From Patescibacteria group bacterium (lineage in GTDB: Bacteria > Patescibacteriota > Microgenomatia > UBA8517), in assembly GCA_036381415.1 (NCBI GenBank), contig DASVCV010000003.1, positions 4,162-68,161 on the forward strand: a stretch of 64,000 bases of DNA, given 5' to 3'. The position numbers and the translations under genes are program-made. Of this stretch, positions 10,345 through 18,544 are shown piece after piece. How positions within the stretch are numbered: the first letter of the stretch is position 1; each line of letters begins with the position of its first letter. A model generated the notes under the pieces. The model was given only the letters and a program-made list of their open reading frames with translations. It was not told the origin of the DNA and ran no database searches.

Positions 10345-10662
10345 TTAATTTGTACTGCGAGCTTTTTTCTTTTTACTGAGCACATACTTCACTGAGGAGC
10401 TTATTGGTTTATCCTTACGATGAATGCATCCTATCCAACAACATGGCCTTCGCATTCCTTCCTTGAGTTCACTAACTGTTCTTTTAACATGCTCCTTCCT
10501 TGTTTCATCTTTCTTAACGAAGGTAACCCAGCAGATCCACTCATTACGAGCAAGAGGTGTAATGTCTTCCCAAATTGCAAGTGCTTTTGTATCAGCAGTG
10601 AGGGCTTTTCTTAAATCTGCTGGTAATTGGTGTACTACTCCAGCTGATATTTCTTTGGCCAT
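10345..10662 (-). CDS. YdeI/OmpD-associated family protein
   Basis: LPADLRKAL...TPLARNEWICWV..KK.ETR...RRPCCW.GC. Confidence 0.8.
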   Translation of the reverse strand: MAKEISAGVVHQLPADLRKALTADTKALAIWEDITPLARNEWICWVTFVKKDETRKEHVKRTVSELKEGMRRPCCWIGCIHRKDKPISSSVKYVLSKKKKARSTN

Positions 10663-10709
10663 AATATTTAAATTATTAATTCCTTCTAATTATTTTAGAA
10701 CTTATTTTA

Positions 10710-11306
10710 CTAAAATGAACCTGTTTTAACTTTTCCAGCACGTTTGTAGTTTGCAAATATTACTCCACTTGGAGAAGTTTTAGTTTCTATTAGTTTAAAT
10801 GCTTTGGGAATTGTTCCATCTTGGAATAAATGTTTTCCTTTTCCAAGAGTTATTGGGAAAATTTTTAACCAAAGTTCATCAACTAAATCATTTTTAAGGA
10901 GTGTTTGAACTAAATTTCCACTACCATAGACTTGCATGTCTGGACCATTTCCTTTTTTAAGCTTTTTTAGTTTCTCAACAACATTGTTATTTATGAATAC
11001 AGAGTTATTCCACTCATGTTTTTTTAGAGAACTTGAAACAACATACTTTGTAGCAGCATTAACTCCTGGCCACTCTTCTTCATGCTTAGGCCAATATGAA
11101 GCAAAAATTTCAAATGTTTTTCTTCCAAGAAGCAGGCTAAAAGGCTCTTTCATTTGCTTGCCCATCTCTTTTCCTGCAAAATCATCAAAATAAGGAGCAG
11201 TCCAACCTCCATATTTAAAACCACCCGATGTGTCTTCTTTGGGTCCGCCAGGAGCTTGCATTACTCCATCCAGGGTAATAAATTCAAGAACGAGAATTTT
11301 TCTCAT
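10710..11306 (-). CDS. Dihydrofolate reductase / RibD C-terminal family protein
   Basis: FITLDGVMQAPGG, LLGRKTF, YGSGNL, LVDEL..IFPITLGKG. Confidence 0.88.
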   Translation of the reverse strand: MRKILVLEFITLDGVMQAPGGPKEDTSGGFKYGGWTAPYFDDFAGKEMGKQMKEPFSLLLGRKTFEIFASYWPKHEEEWPGVNAATKYVVSSSLKKHEWNNSVFINNNVVEKLKKLKKGNGPDMQVYGSGNLVQTLLKNDLVDELWLKIFPITLGKGKHLFQDGTIPKAFKLIETKTSPSGVIFANYKRAGKVKTGSF

Positions 11307-11491
11307 TCGTTATTATATCATGTGATTTTGAAGCTAATTTGCTCCAGCTGGCGGATGAAGTTAGAATTCATTTTGATAATCTTTAATTACTTCTAATCTA
11401 CAAATATCAAATTCGCAATTTATTTCATGTCTAATATTGATCACCTTGACTTATAAAATTGAAAGGATGATGCTTCTTAGTAAGAAAGAGG

Positions 11492-11923
11492 GTGATTTAT
11501 ATGGCAGAAACACAACAAGTGATTCGGGAAAAACAATCTGGGGTAACTCCAAGTGGTAAACAAGTGGTATCTGAAAAAACTCAAGTTTCATCATCAAGTG
11601 CTGAAAAATACGAGACTGTAGGTGTTATTACTAATTTGGTTCTTTATGGTGCTGGTGTTATAGAAATCTTACTTTTGTTCCGATTTATTTTAAAAATATT
11701 AGGAGCTAATCCAGGAAGCATGTTTGTATCATTTATCTATACAGTATCTGGAATCTTTGAAATGCCTTTCCGAGGAATATTTCATTCAACAGCAACTCAA
11801 GGAATTGAAACATCGTCAATTCTTGAGCCATCTACTGTAGTAGCTTTGTTTGTATATTTAGTAATTGCAGTAGGGATAACACAACTAATAAGGTTGCTTA
11901 CAGCAACAAATAAAGGAGATTAA
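11492..11923 (+). CDS. YggT-like membrane protein
   Basis: IEILLLFRFILKILGANP..FVSFIY...PFRGIF. Confidence 0.7.
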   Translation: MIYMAETQQVIREKQSGVTPSGKQVVSEKTQVSSSSAEKYETVGVITNLVLYGAGVIEILLLFRFILKILGANPGSMFVSFIYTVSGIFEMPFRGIFHSTATQGIETSSILEPSTVVALFVYLVIAVGITQLIRLLTATNKGD

Positions 11924-12059
11924 TTTATTTTACTTACTAGGAGCATTTTAGAACGTGGTTCTTGCTGGGACGATTTTGGACTAACCCTTGTTCAATCAAT
12001 CCCCTATCTGTACCACAGTATCAGCCTCAAATAAGAATGCTTATTAGTAAAAGTAAATC

Positions 12060-12440
12060 TTATTTTTTGTTCGGCACTAACATATAAATGACGCTGCTAA
12101 TAAGTGACAGCACTATGCCAAAGACGAGCGCCCAAAGTATTCCATCTACCTTAAACCCTGGGACAATGGCTGCAACTAGCATTATCATAAGAGCATTTAT
12201 AACTAAACTAAAAAGCCCTAAAGATAGAATATTTATTGGAAGTGTCAAAAGCGAAACTAAAGGCTTTATAAAAGTATTAACAACAGCTAACAATACGGCT
12301 ACAATCAGTGCTGTAACAAATCCATCAACCTTTATACCTGGCAATATATAAGCACTAATAAAAACTGCAACCCCACTTAGTATTAAGTTAATTAAAATTT
12401 GCAAATTTATCACCCCCTCACGGATTTGATTGTTGAACAT
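12060..12440 (-). CDS. Phage holin family 4 / YvlD-like membrane protein
   Basis: VNTFIKP...LTLPINILSLGLF..VINA; true start probably near 12404-12413 after GAGGGGGTGA. Confidence 0.85.
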   Translation of the reverse strand: MFNNQIREGVINLQILINLILSGVAVFISAYILPGIKVDGFVTALIVAVLLAVVNTFIKPLVSLLTLPINILSLGLFSLVINALMIMLVAAIVPGFKVDGILWALVFGIVLSLISSVIYMLVPNKK

Positions 12441-12621
12441 TTACATCAATTTTACTAGGTACATTAATAGTCGGAGTTCCCAATTGCACATTTTTAAGTG
12501 CAGGGAGTCCGTATACGAAAAATAGATATCCCACAACAACAAGGACAACAAGAACAATGATTAAGGTTATGGGTCCGCTTGAATTATCTGAGGATTGTGG
12601 ATTGTTTATAATAGTTGCCAT
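12418..12621 (-). CDS. Small single-pass membrane protein
   Basis: 67 aa, one TM, INVPSKIDVNV tail, SD-like GGGGGTGA upstream. Confidence 0.65.
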   Translation of the reverse strand: MATIINNPQSSDNSSGPITLIIVLVVLVVVGYLFFVYGLPALKNVQLGTPTINVPSKIDVNVQQSNP

Positions 12622-12722
12622 ATTTCAATCACCCCCATCCCTGATAAGCTTCTCATATATAAAATATGTGGTCAAATTTTATGCTGAAGTTGTGCTTTGT
12701 CTGGTGGATGAAGTTAGATGTA

Positions 12723-13229
12723 TTACCGGTGTTCCCAATCTTCTGGAACTGGGTGTATTTCTAAATTTCTTCTTCTATAGTCTGATTCAATTTGCTTTAA
12801 GATTAGTAATCCATTTTGAGCATCATTTAATGACGGAAGCGTAGCAGGTACTATCATTCCATTGCTGTCAAGACTAACTGTAAATTGAGAACTGCCTTCT
12901 TTGTCTTTGAAATTAATACCTATTGTGCTAATTCTTCCATATTTGTCATAGACTTTACCAACAACACGGGCAACAAGATTTATTAAAACAGATCGTCCGT
13001 CTGGGGAAGTAAATTCCATTTCTGGTGTAGCGGCAACTCCACAAGGCAATTCTCTATATTTTTGCTTATGGTCTATTTGAACGTATTCTGTAGGACCGTA
13101 ATCTAGCATAATCTTTTTTGCATTACTAACAAATGTTTCAGCAGTTTCTTGTCTTTTTAATTGTTCTTGTTCTTGAAGAATTAAAAATGATACTTGGTCA
13201 AGGTGAGATCCTGTTCTATCAGTTATCAT
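12723..13229 (-). CDS. Hypothetical protein (cassette)
   Basis: 168-aa ORF; own promoter TTGACA-17-TATTAT 8 nt before ATG. Confidence 0.65.
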   Translation of the reverse strand: MITDRTGSHLDQVSFLILQEQEQLKRQETAETFVSNAKKIMLDYGPTEYVQIDHKQKYRELPCGVAATPEMEFTSPDGRSVLINLVARVVGKVYDKYGRISTIGINFKDKEGSSQFTVSLDSNGMIVPATLPSLNDAQNGLLILKQIESDYRRRNLEIHPVPEDWEHR

Positions 13230-13283
13230 TTGGCTGAATAATATCTATTTGTTGAAGTTGTGTCAATGTTAAAAAAAGCTCGC

Positions 13284-13634
13284 TTACTGGGAAGATTTTA
13301 GAAAAGTTGATTTATAAAAGTCAGAATCTGTTATCTCTTGTGCAATCCTCTTCATTTCTTCTGTAACTTCATCAGAGCCTGCCAGCACCCATTTGTTTTT
13401 GTCTAAATGAGCAAGAACTTCAGGATACATGAGCATGATACCTATTGGAATCCAATTAACACCCTGGCTACTTACTAAAGGGGAATGTCCCTCAACGCAA
13501 AAGTACTCACCATAAGTATGTTCAGGATATTTTTTGATCAGTTCTTTCCCCCAACTTCCTTCAAAAGGAACAACTTTTCTTAATGCTCTATATGGAGAGT
13601 GGTCTGCGTCAGGTTGAAATTCTGTATTTGACAT
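13284..13634 (-). CDS. Hypothetical protein (cassette)
   Basis: 116-aa ORF; TTGATA-17-TAAAAT 5 nt before ATG; stop codon lies inside att-like site. Confidence 0.65.
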   Translation of the reverse strand: MSNTEFQPDADHSPYRALRKVVPFEGSWGKELIKKYPEHTYGEYFCVEGHSPLVSSQGVNWIPIGIMLMYPEVLAHLDKNKWVLAGSDEVTEEMKRIAQEITDSDFYKSTFLKSSQ

Positions 13635-13710
13635 GAGGTATTTTAATACAAGTTTACAATACTATCAATGTAAAATAAGTTGGCTCGCTTACTGGGATGA
13701 TTTTAGAACT

Positions 13711-14349
13711 TTATGAAAATGGATCTCTAACGTCTTTCCAATCTGTGAACTGAAATTGTGTTCCAAATATTTTACCAATATAATCTCCTATATAATTAAT
13801 TATCTTAGGAATATCTTTAATCCCTTGTTGTCTTGCTTCTTTTGCTCCTACTCTCATTGCATTACCAATAACTTGTTGAGACATACTCTTATCTCCAAAT
13901 TCTCCTTCTGTTTTTGGTCCTCGATTTTCAGCCGGCCAAAAAGCAATTCTGCCGAAGGTATTAAAAATATAATTGATTTCTGCTCCACTTGATTTGGAGG
14001 TTAAATCACTTGTCGAAGGCAGACTTGAGAAAAACTTAGATTTTTCTTCACTACCTTCGTTTGCAGGTATATGAGTATGAGCTATCAAGATTACTTTTCC
14101 TACTTGTTCCTTGAATCTTTCAAATTCGTAGCCTTCTTCCCATTTTGTTGAATATTTCTTATTATCCTCGGTAACAATAAATATTACTTCAAATGGATTT
14201 GAAGCTATCTTGATAATTTCTTCTTTAGTAGGTAAACGGTCAATTTCTACTAGTTGGTTAACGAGCTGATCTTTCAATTTCGAATGGAAAACTTCAAAAG
14301 TCATGGTGGATGGGGTTGTAACTTGTGGATCCTTTTTATCTTCAGTCAT
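13711..14349 (-). CDS. Hypothetical protein with JAB/MPN-like motif (cassette)
   Basis: IAHTHIP...LPSTSD (HxH...PSxxD). Confidence 0.55.
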   Translation of the reverse strand: MTEDKKDPQVTTPSTMTFEVFHSKLKDQLVNQLVEIDRLPTKEEIIKIASNPFEVIFIVTEDNKKYSTKWEEGYEFERFKEQVGKVILIAHTHIPANEGSEEKSKFFSSLPSTSDLTSKSSGAEINYIFNTFGRIAFWPAENRGPKTEGEFGDKSMSQQVIGNAMRVGAKEARQQGIKDIPKIINYIGDYIGKIFGTQFQFTDWKDVRDPFS

Positions 14350-14546
14350 ATCGTAAGAATTATATCAAAGAAGTTCTGAAATCGTCCCGCTTACACTAGT
14401 CTTAGCTCCCTAGTCCTGAGATTCTAATTTCATCTTCAGAAGCCATAATCCGAGCATTCTCTAACCCAGTTCAGCTCGAAGCAATCAAGCATAAGTGGGA
14501 GGAAATAAAGAAACTTAACATGTTTAATGAAAAATTGTGTACAAAC

Positions 14547-14587
14547 TTGCTGCCAAGACGGGGTCATTCCCCGTCTTTCGGCAGCAA
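14547..14587 (-). terminator. Strong hairpin downstream of Hsp20
   Basis: TTGCTGCCAAGACGGGG-TCATT-CCCCGTCTTTCGGCAGCAA inverted repeat. Confidence 0.7.
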
Positions 14588-14598
14588 CTCATAAACCC

Positions 14599-15018
14599 TT
14601 ATTGTTTTTTGACGCTTATCTTTTTAGGCTGAGCCTCTTGAGATTTAGCAAAAGTAACTGTCATTACACCATTCTTGCATACTGCCTCTGGCTCAACATT
14701 GTGATCAACGTCTGAAGGGATAGCGACTCTATACGAAAAAGACTGAGCTGATTGGCGGTAATACTTCCTCTTCTTGTCTTTTTCTTCCTCCTTGGTCTCG
14801 CCGTGAATCCAGACATAACCATCCTGATATGTTACTTCTATATTATCTGGATCAATTCCGGGAACAGCCGCCTCAACATACACACTCTTGTCGTCTTCCG
14901 AAACAGAAAGACCAGAATTTGTCATTGCTGGTGCTGTTAACCAATTGTCATCATCGTCCCAAAATGAAGAAATACTTGGGACTGAAAAAAATCTTTTTGG
15001 TACAAGATCAGTGATCAT
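14599..15018 (-). CDS. Hsp20/alpha-crystallin small heat-shock protein
   Basis: VEAAVPGIDP, NGVMTV; ATG at 15018 follows SD GGAGGTGA. Confidence 0.92.
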   Translation of the reverse strand: MITDLVPKRFFSVPSISSFWDDDDNWLTAPAMTNSGLSVSEDDKSVYVEAAVPGIDPDNIEVTYQDGYVWIHGETKEEEKDKKRKYYRQSAQSFSYRVAIPSDVDHNVEPEAVCKNGVMTVTFAKSQEAQPKKISVKKQ

Positions 15019-15043
15019 ACTTTCTTCACCTCCTTTCCTGTAT

Positions 15044-15081
15044 TTAGCACTCATAATAATCAAGTGCTAAACGTTTGTCAA
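15044..15081 (-). promoter_or_regulatory. CIRCE (HrcA operator) overlapping sigma70 promoter of Hsp20
   Basis: TTAGCACTC-N9-AAGTGCTAA at 15044-15070 (1 mismatch to consensus); minus strand TTGACA-17-TATTAT. Confidence 0.9.
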
Positions 15082-15113
15082 GAGTCTTTTGCTAGTCTAG
15101 GAAGGTTACCAAG

Positions 15114-15151
15114 GGCTTCCAAATCCGAAGAAATCCGTAGAAAATGCTCCC
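15114..15151 (+). repeat. 38-bp direct repeat, copy 1
   Basis: GGCTTCCAAATCCGAAGAAATCCGTAGAAAATGCTCCC; 36/38 identical to 15822-15859. Confidence 0.9.
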
Positions 15152-15276
15152 AAGTTCTGAAATACTAATTCGTATAACTCAGTCTATTATAACAGCATTT
15201 TCAGATTCAGTTTCTTTTGAATCAATGAAAATAAAATGGAAAGAAATTAAGAAAATTCAATTTACAAGCCGAACCG

Positions 15277-15780
15277 TTAATCAAGAGATTGCACTTCTGT
15301 AATGTAATAATCGTCGATACTGTCATTCTCCCCAAACATAAAGCTTCCAGTTAATAACTTTCCTGCAAAAACTTTAGGCATCCAGACTTCGTCATCAACC
15401 CACATCTCCTTAAACGGAATCTCATCCAATTTGAACCACTTGGGTCTCATTTCTTCTGTTTCTACAGGTTCGCCATGCCATTCGGTTGTAGTAAACACCC
15501 ACACTTTCATACCAAAATTATTGTGTGGAAAATGATACTTGAAAACAGCTACATTTTTAAGATTTGATGGAGTAATTCCGATTTCTTCTTGAGATTCTCT
15601 TATTGCAGTGCTTTCGATATCTTCATTGGGATTTGGTTTACCACCAACACCATTCCACTTACCAACGCCAAAGCCTCTTTTTTTCATTGCCAATAAGACT
15701 TCGTCGCCTTTCAGTAAAAGTAATACGGTTGCCTCTTTTAGAGGAATCGTTAATGTCTGCTCATATTCCCTAACTCCCAT
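15277..15780 (-). CDS. NUDIX hydrolase, MTH1-like (paralog of 9794..10300)
   Basis: LAMKKRGFGVGKWNGVGGKPNP, AIRESQEE, MWVDD. Confidence 0.88.
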   Translation of the reverse strand: MGVREYEQTLTIPLKEATVLLLLKGDEVLLAMKKRGFGVGKWNGVGGKPNPNEDIESTAIRESQEEIGITPSNLKNVAVFKYHFPHNNFGMKVWVFTTTEWHGEPVETEEMRPKWFKLDEIPFKEMWVDDEVWMPKVFAGKLLTGSFMFGENDSIDDYYITEVQSLD

Positions 15781-15821
15781 TGATAAATATTTTACACCTT
15801 AAAAGTAATAACACCATTGAA

Positions 15822-15859
15822 GGCTTACAAATCCGAAGAAATCCGAAGAAAATGCTCCC
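15822..15859 (+). repeat. 38-bp direct repeat, copy 2 (abuts island left end)
   Basis: GGCTTACAAATCCGAAGAAATCCGAAGAAAATGCTCCC. Confidence 0.9.
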
Positions 15860-15949
15860 CCTAAAGGACTTATTCATCAACAGAGTAATTGAATTTGATA
15901 TTGATTTAGAGGGACTAAAAATATTATTCAAACATCTAAATTTAGAGAT

Positions 15950-16714
15950 CTAAACAGTTGGCAAATGTAAATATTCTGTTCCAAATACTTGTTTAAAATC
16001 AAGATCGTTTAGTGCTAAGGGGAATAAATTAGGCTTGTTATAAAAATTGTGGAACGCTAGAGCTTTGCGCTTAAGAACCAGTTGAGTCTCGGTTAATTTA
16101 TAGCTATATTCAATTTCTTTGTTTAGCAAACCAAACTCCTTTGACCAATACTCTAGTTGAGGAATTAAATCTGGATTTAGTCTCTTTTTTGCGCCTGCTA
16201 ACCAATTAGACATCGCGTCTCTGTTAATAGTAATTTCTGATAGAAAGATTTGTTCTGGATATTTATTTTTGAGATGTCTTCCCACTAGATGAATTACTTT
16301 GTGGTCTTTGTTTCCATATCCCCCATTTTTGTCGTAGGACACAAGTGAAATTGGCAGTTTGATATTATTCTTTCCAAGCGCTTCAAGAAGTTCATTACCT
16401 ACATCTTCTATTTTTTGGTTCATAAGAGGAAAAACGTTTGTCCCCTGATACTTTGGCTCACTATATTTTAAGAAAATAACCGAACTTATTCCTAATATTG
16501 AACAAGCCTCGATTGTTTGTTGTTGACGTATAATTGTTTTTTCTTCTCCCTTAACTGAAGCTGCTGCCCCATATATGGCTACACATTTTCTTTTTTTTCT
16601 GGAAAGCTCATTTAATAAACCAGCAGATAAAAAAGATTCATCGTCGCAGTGAGCATGAAAGAATACGACAGGACGATTCTTTGGAAAAATTTCATCTATT
16701 TTTGTATTACTCAT
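15950..16714 (-). CDS. PIG-L/LmbE family N-deacetylase
   Basis: FFHAHCDDE and SYDKNGGYGNKDH motifs (MshB-like). Confidence 0.85.
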   Translation of the reverse strand: MSNTKIDEIFPKNRPVVFFHAHCDDESFLSAGLLNELSRKKRKCVAIYGAAASVKGEEKTIIRQQQTIEACSILGISSVIFLKYSEPKYQGTNVFPLMNQKIEDVGNELLEALGKNNIKLPISLVSYDKNGGYGNKDHKVIHLVGRHLKNKYPEQIFLSEITINRDAMSNWLAGAKKRLNPDLIPQLEYWSKEFGLLNKEIEYSYKLTETQLVLKRKALAFHNFYNKPNLFPLALNDLDFKQVFGTEYLHLPTV

Positions 16715-17891
16715 TTTTACTTAGATTTTCAAACAATTTAGTATCTAATCTAGATACTTCTTTTACAGATTTAAATGATTTAATAAAGTTAAGAGCTTGG
16801 GTAGAGAGGATATTCCTTTCTTTTAGAGATTCTACTGCTAGATTTGCGAATTTCTGGAAGTTTAATAGCTTAACTTTTTTAACCGCATTTGTAGCTGAAT
16901 AATTAAGTTTGGAAAAAGGAACACTCCATGTAATGACAGGTAATCCAAGGGCCAATGCTTCATTCACTACAGTTGGATAATTGTCATAATGAGAGGGATA
17001 CAGGAAAACACCACAGGAAGGCAGTATAGAATTTTTAGTTGAATCATCAGCCCACCCTTCATAATCTGCCTCAAAGTGTTTACTTTTATTTGAAACAAGC
17101 TTAGCTAAGGCTTGTTTACTAAAAGAATCGTCTGCCCTACCTAAAATAACTATTTTTACTTTTCTTCCAATCTTTATAGATATTCTTTTCAAAATATCCT
17201 CTAAATATTCCACACCTTTACCTTTTTCCATTCTAGCCATATAGGCAAAGTCATATTTTAAGTTGCTACTGATTTTGTAAGATTTATCCGCCTCAACTAC
17301 AGATGAAGCAGGCAAAACTAAAATTGGTAAATTTTTGAAATAAGTATTGAAGTAAAAAGCAACTGTTTTGTTGTTTGCTATTATTCTTACATTTTTAAAC
17401 ACTTCTTCAACTTCTTGATAGTGATTTAAAAGATAGTCTTTACGGTAAGTTGATATTCCTGAATTTGCATATTTTTCAACATCTTTTTTGAAATCTCCGC
17501 TAGGATTAGTAGGTGAAACCAAAAATGGCATAGCGTGCACTACTGTTGCGAAAGGTACTTTTCCCTTTAGGTTTTTGCCTAATTCTCTCATTAAGTCCCA
17601 TATTTCCATCTGCAGTATTACTGCGTCGGGCTTAAATTGGGTAATAAAGCTATTTATGTTTTCAACTACCTTACTCTGATCTTTAACTTCCCAACCATTA
17701 AATTCAACTGGATAATGAAAAAAGGTAATATTTTCGTAATTCTTCTTTGTGTTTTCATCATCAGGATTTTTGCCTAAACATACAATACTAATTTCATTTA
17801 ATTGAGAGAGGTATTTTAATTCTCTTGATAAACGAGCTAGGTGGCCTGCATTAGAAGATAAAGTTGAAAACGTAAGAAACATCAATCTCAT
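16707..17891 (-). CDS. Glycosyltransferase family 4 (GT-B)
   Basis: MARMEKGKG, FLYPSHYDNYPTVVNEALALGLPVI. Confidence 0.85.
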   Translation of the reverse strand: MRLMFLTFSTLSSNAGHLARLSRELKYLSQLNEISIVCLGKNPDDENTKKNYENITFFHYPVEFNGWEVKDQSKVVENINSFITQFKPDAVILQMEIWDLMRELGKNLKGKVPFATVVHAMPFLVSPTNPSGDFKKDVEKYANSGISTYRKDYLLNHYQEVEEVFKNVRIIANNKTVAFYFNTYFKNLPILVLPASSVVEADKSYKISSNLKYDFAYMARMEKGKGVEYLEDILKRISIKIGRKVKIVILGRADDSFSKQALAKLVSNKSKHFEADYEGWADDSTKNSILPSCGVFLYPSHYDNYPTVVNEALALGLPVITWSVPFSKLNYSATNAVKKVKLLNFQKFANLAVESLKERNILSTQALNFIKSFKSVKEVSRLDTKLFENLSKNE

Positions 17892-18544
17892 AGCTGAGAC
17901 TTATTATTTTCATTAAAAATATAGATGGTTCCTACTTTTTCCTCCATTTTTCCTTCAGAATCCAAAATCATACCTGAATCTTCAGGTAGGGCTAGAACTT
18001 CAGATTTTGTCTTTTTAATTGTTTTATATACGTTTTTGTCGGCCTCTTCCTTGTAGTGACAAATTACAGACTTACCACCAAGCAGATTAAGTCCTTCGTA
18101 ATATGAATAGTTGCTATCATTTTCCTCTTCAACTGTTCTTATATCTTTGCCCAATATTATTGCTCCTGCACTTCCTCCATATACAATTCCACCATTTTTG
18201 ATAAATGTTTTGATTTTTTCATCCAATCCACTTTTTTTAATGTAATTTAGAAGTTTATAAGTGTTTCCACCACCCATATATATGGAATCATATAGCTTAA
18301 GATCTGGGATTTCGTCATCTTCCAAAAGCATTGTAAAATCTATATCTTTTTGGTTTGAGTGCTTTACAATAACTGTAGAAAACCAATCGTAGCTAGCTTC
18401 AAATCCAGTTTTGGTTCTGTTTAGTGCTATTGGAATATAGAGTATTTTTGAGTTGTTTTTAAGTAGAGAGAAATATTTTTTATCAATTCCAACACTAATA
18501 TCTATGTCTCCTCCACCTCCTAGGATAATTTTTCCCTTCTTCAT
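17888..18544 (-). CDS. Peptidase E / S51 (class I glutamine amidotransferase-like fold)
   Basis: YIPIA, GGGNTYKL, YGGSAGAII, ICHY. Confidence 0.85.
   Translation of the reverse strand: MKKGKIILGGGGDIDISVGIDKKYFSLLKNNSKILYIPIALNRTKTGFEASYDWFSTVIVKHSNQKDIDFTMLLEDDEIPDLKLYDSIYMGGGNTYKLLNYIKKSGLDEKIKTFIKNGGIVYGGSAGAIILGKDIRTVEEENDSNYSYYEGLNLLGGKSVICHYKEEADKNVYKTIKKTKSEVLALPEDSGMILDSEGKMEEKVGTIYIFNENNKSQL

Larger units (their letters stand above)
10673..15953 (+). repeat. Array of degenerate att-like sites / recombinase C-terminal tail scars between short gene cassettes
   Basis: Related motifs at 10673, 11339, 11933, 11961, 12692, 13276, 13681, 14403, 15144, 15852 (see findings). Confidence 0.65.

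Noticed and set aside
15019-15063. Longer N-terminus of Hsp20 as given in the ORF track
   Set aside because: The extension overlaps the CIRCE/promoter; SD GGAGGTGA supports ATG at 15018
9794-15780. Diversity-generating retroelement TR/VR pair from the two NUDIX copies
   Set aside because: Differences are not adenine-specific and no reverse transcriptase is in the window; ordinary paralogs
10673-15953. CRISPR array or classical integron as explanation for the repeated intergenic motifs
   Set aside because: Spacing is mostly 400-730 bp with whole genes between, repeats are degenerate, and no cas genes are present. No IntI tyrosine recombinase and no attC-type inverted cores are evident; one GTTAGAT match alone is not meaningful.
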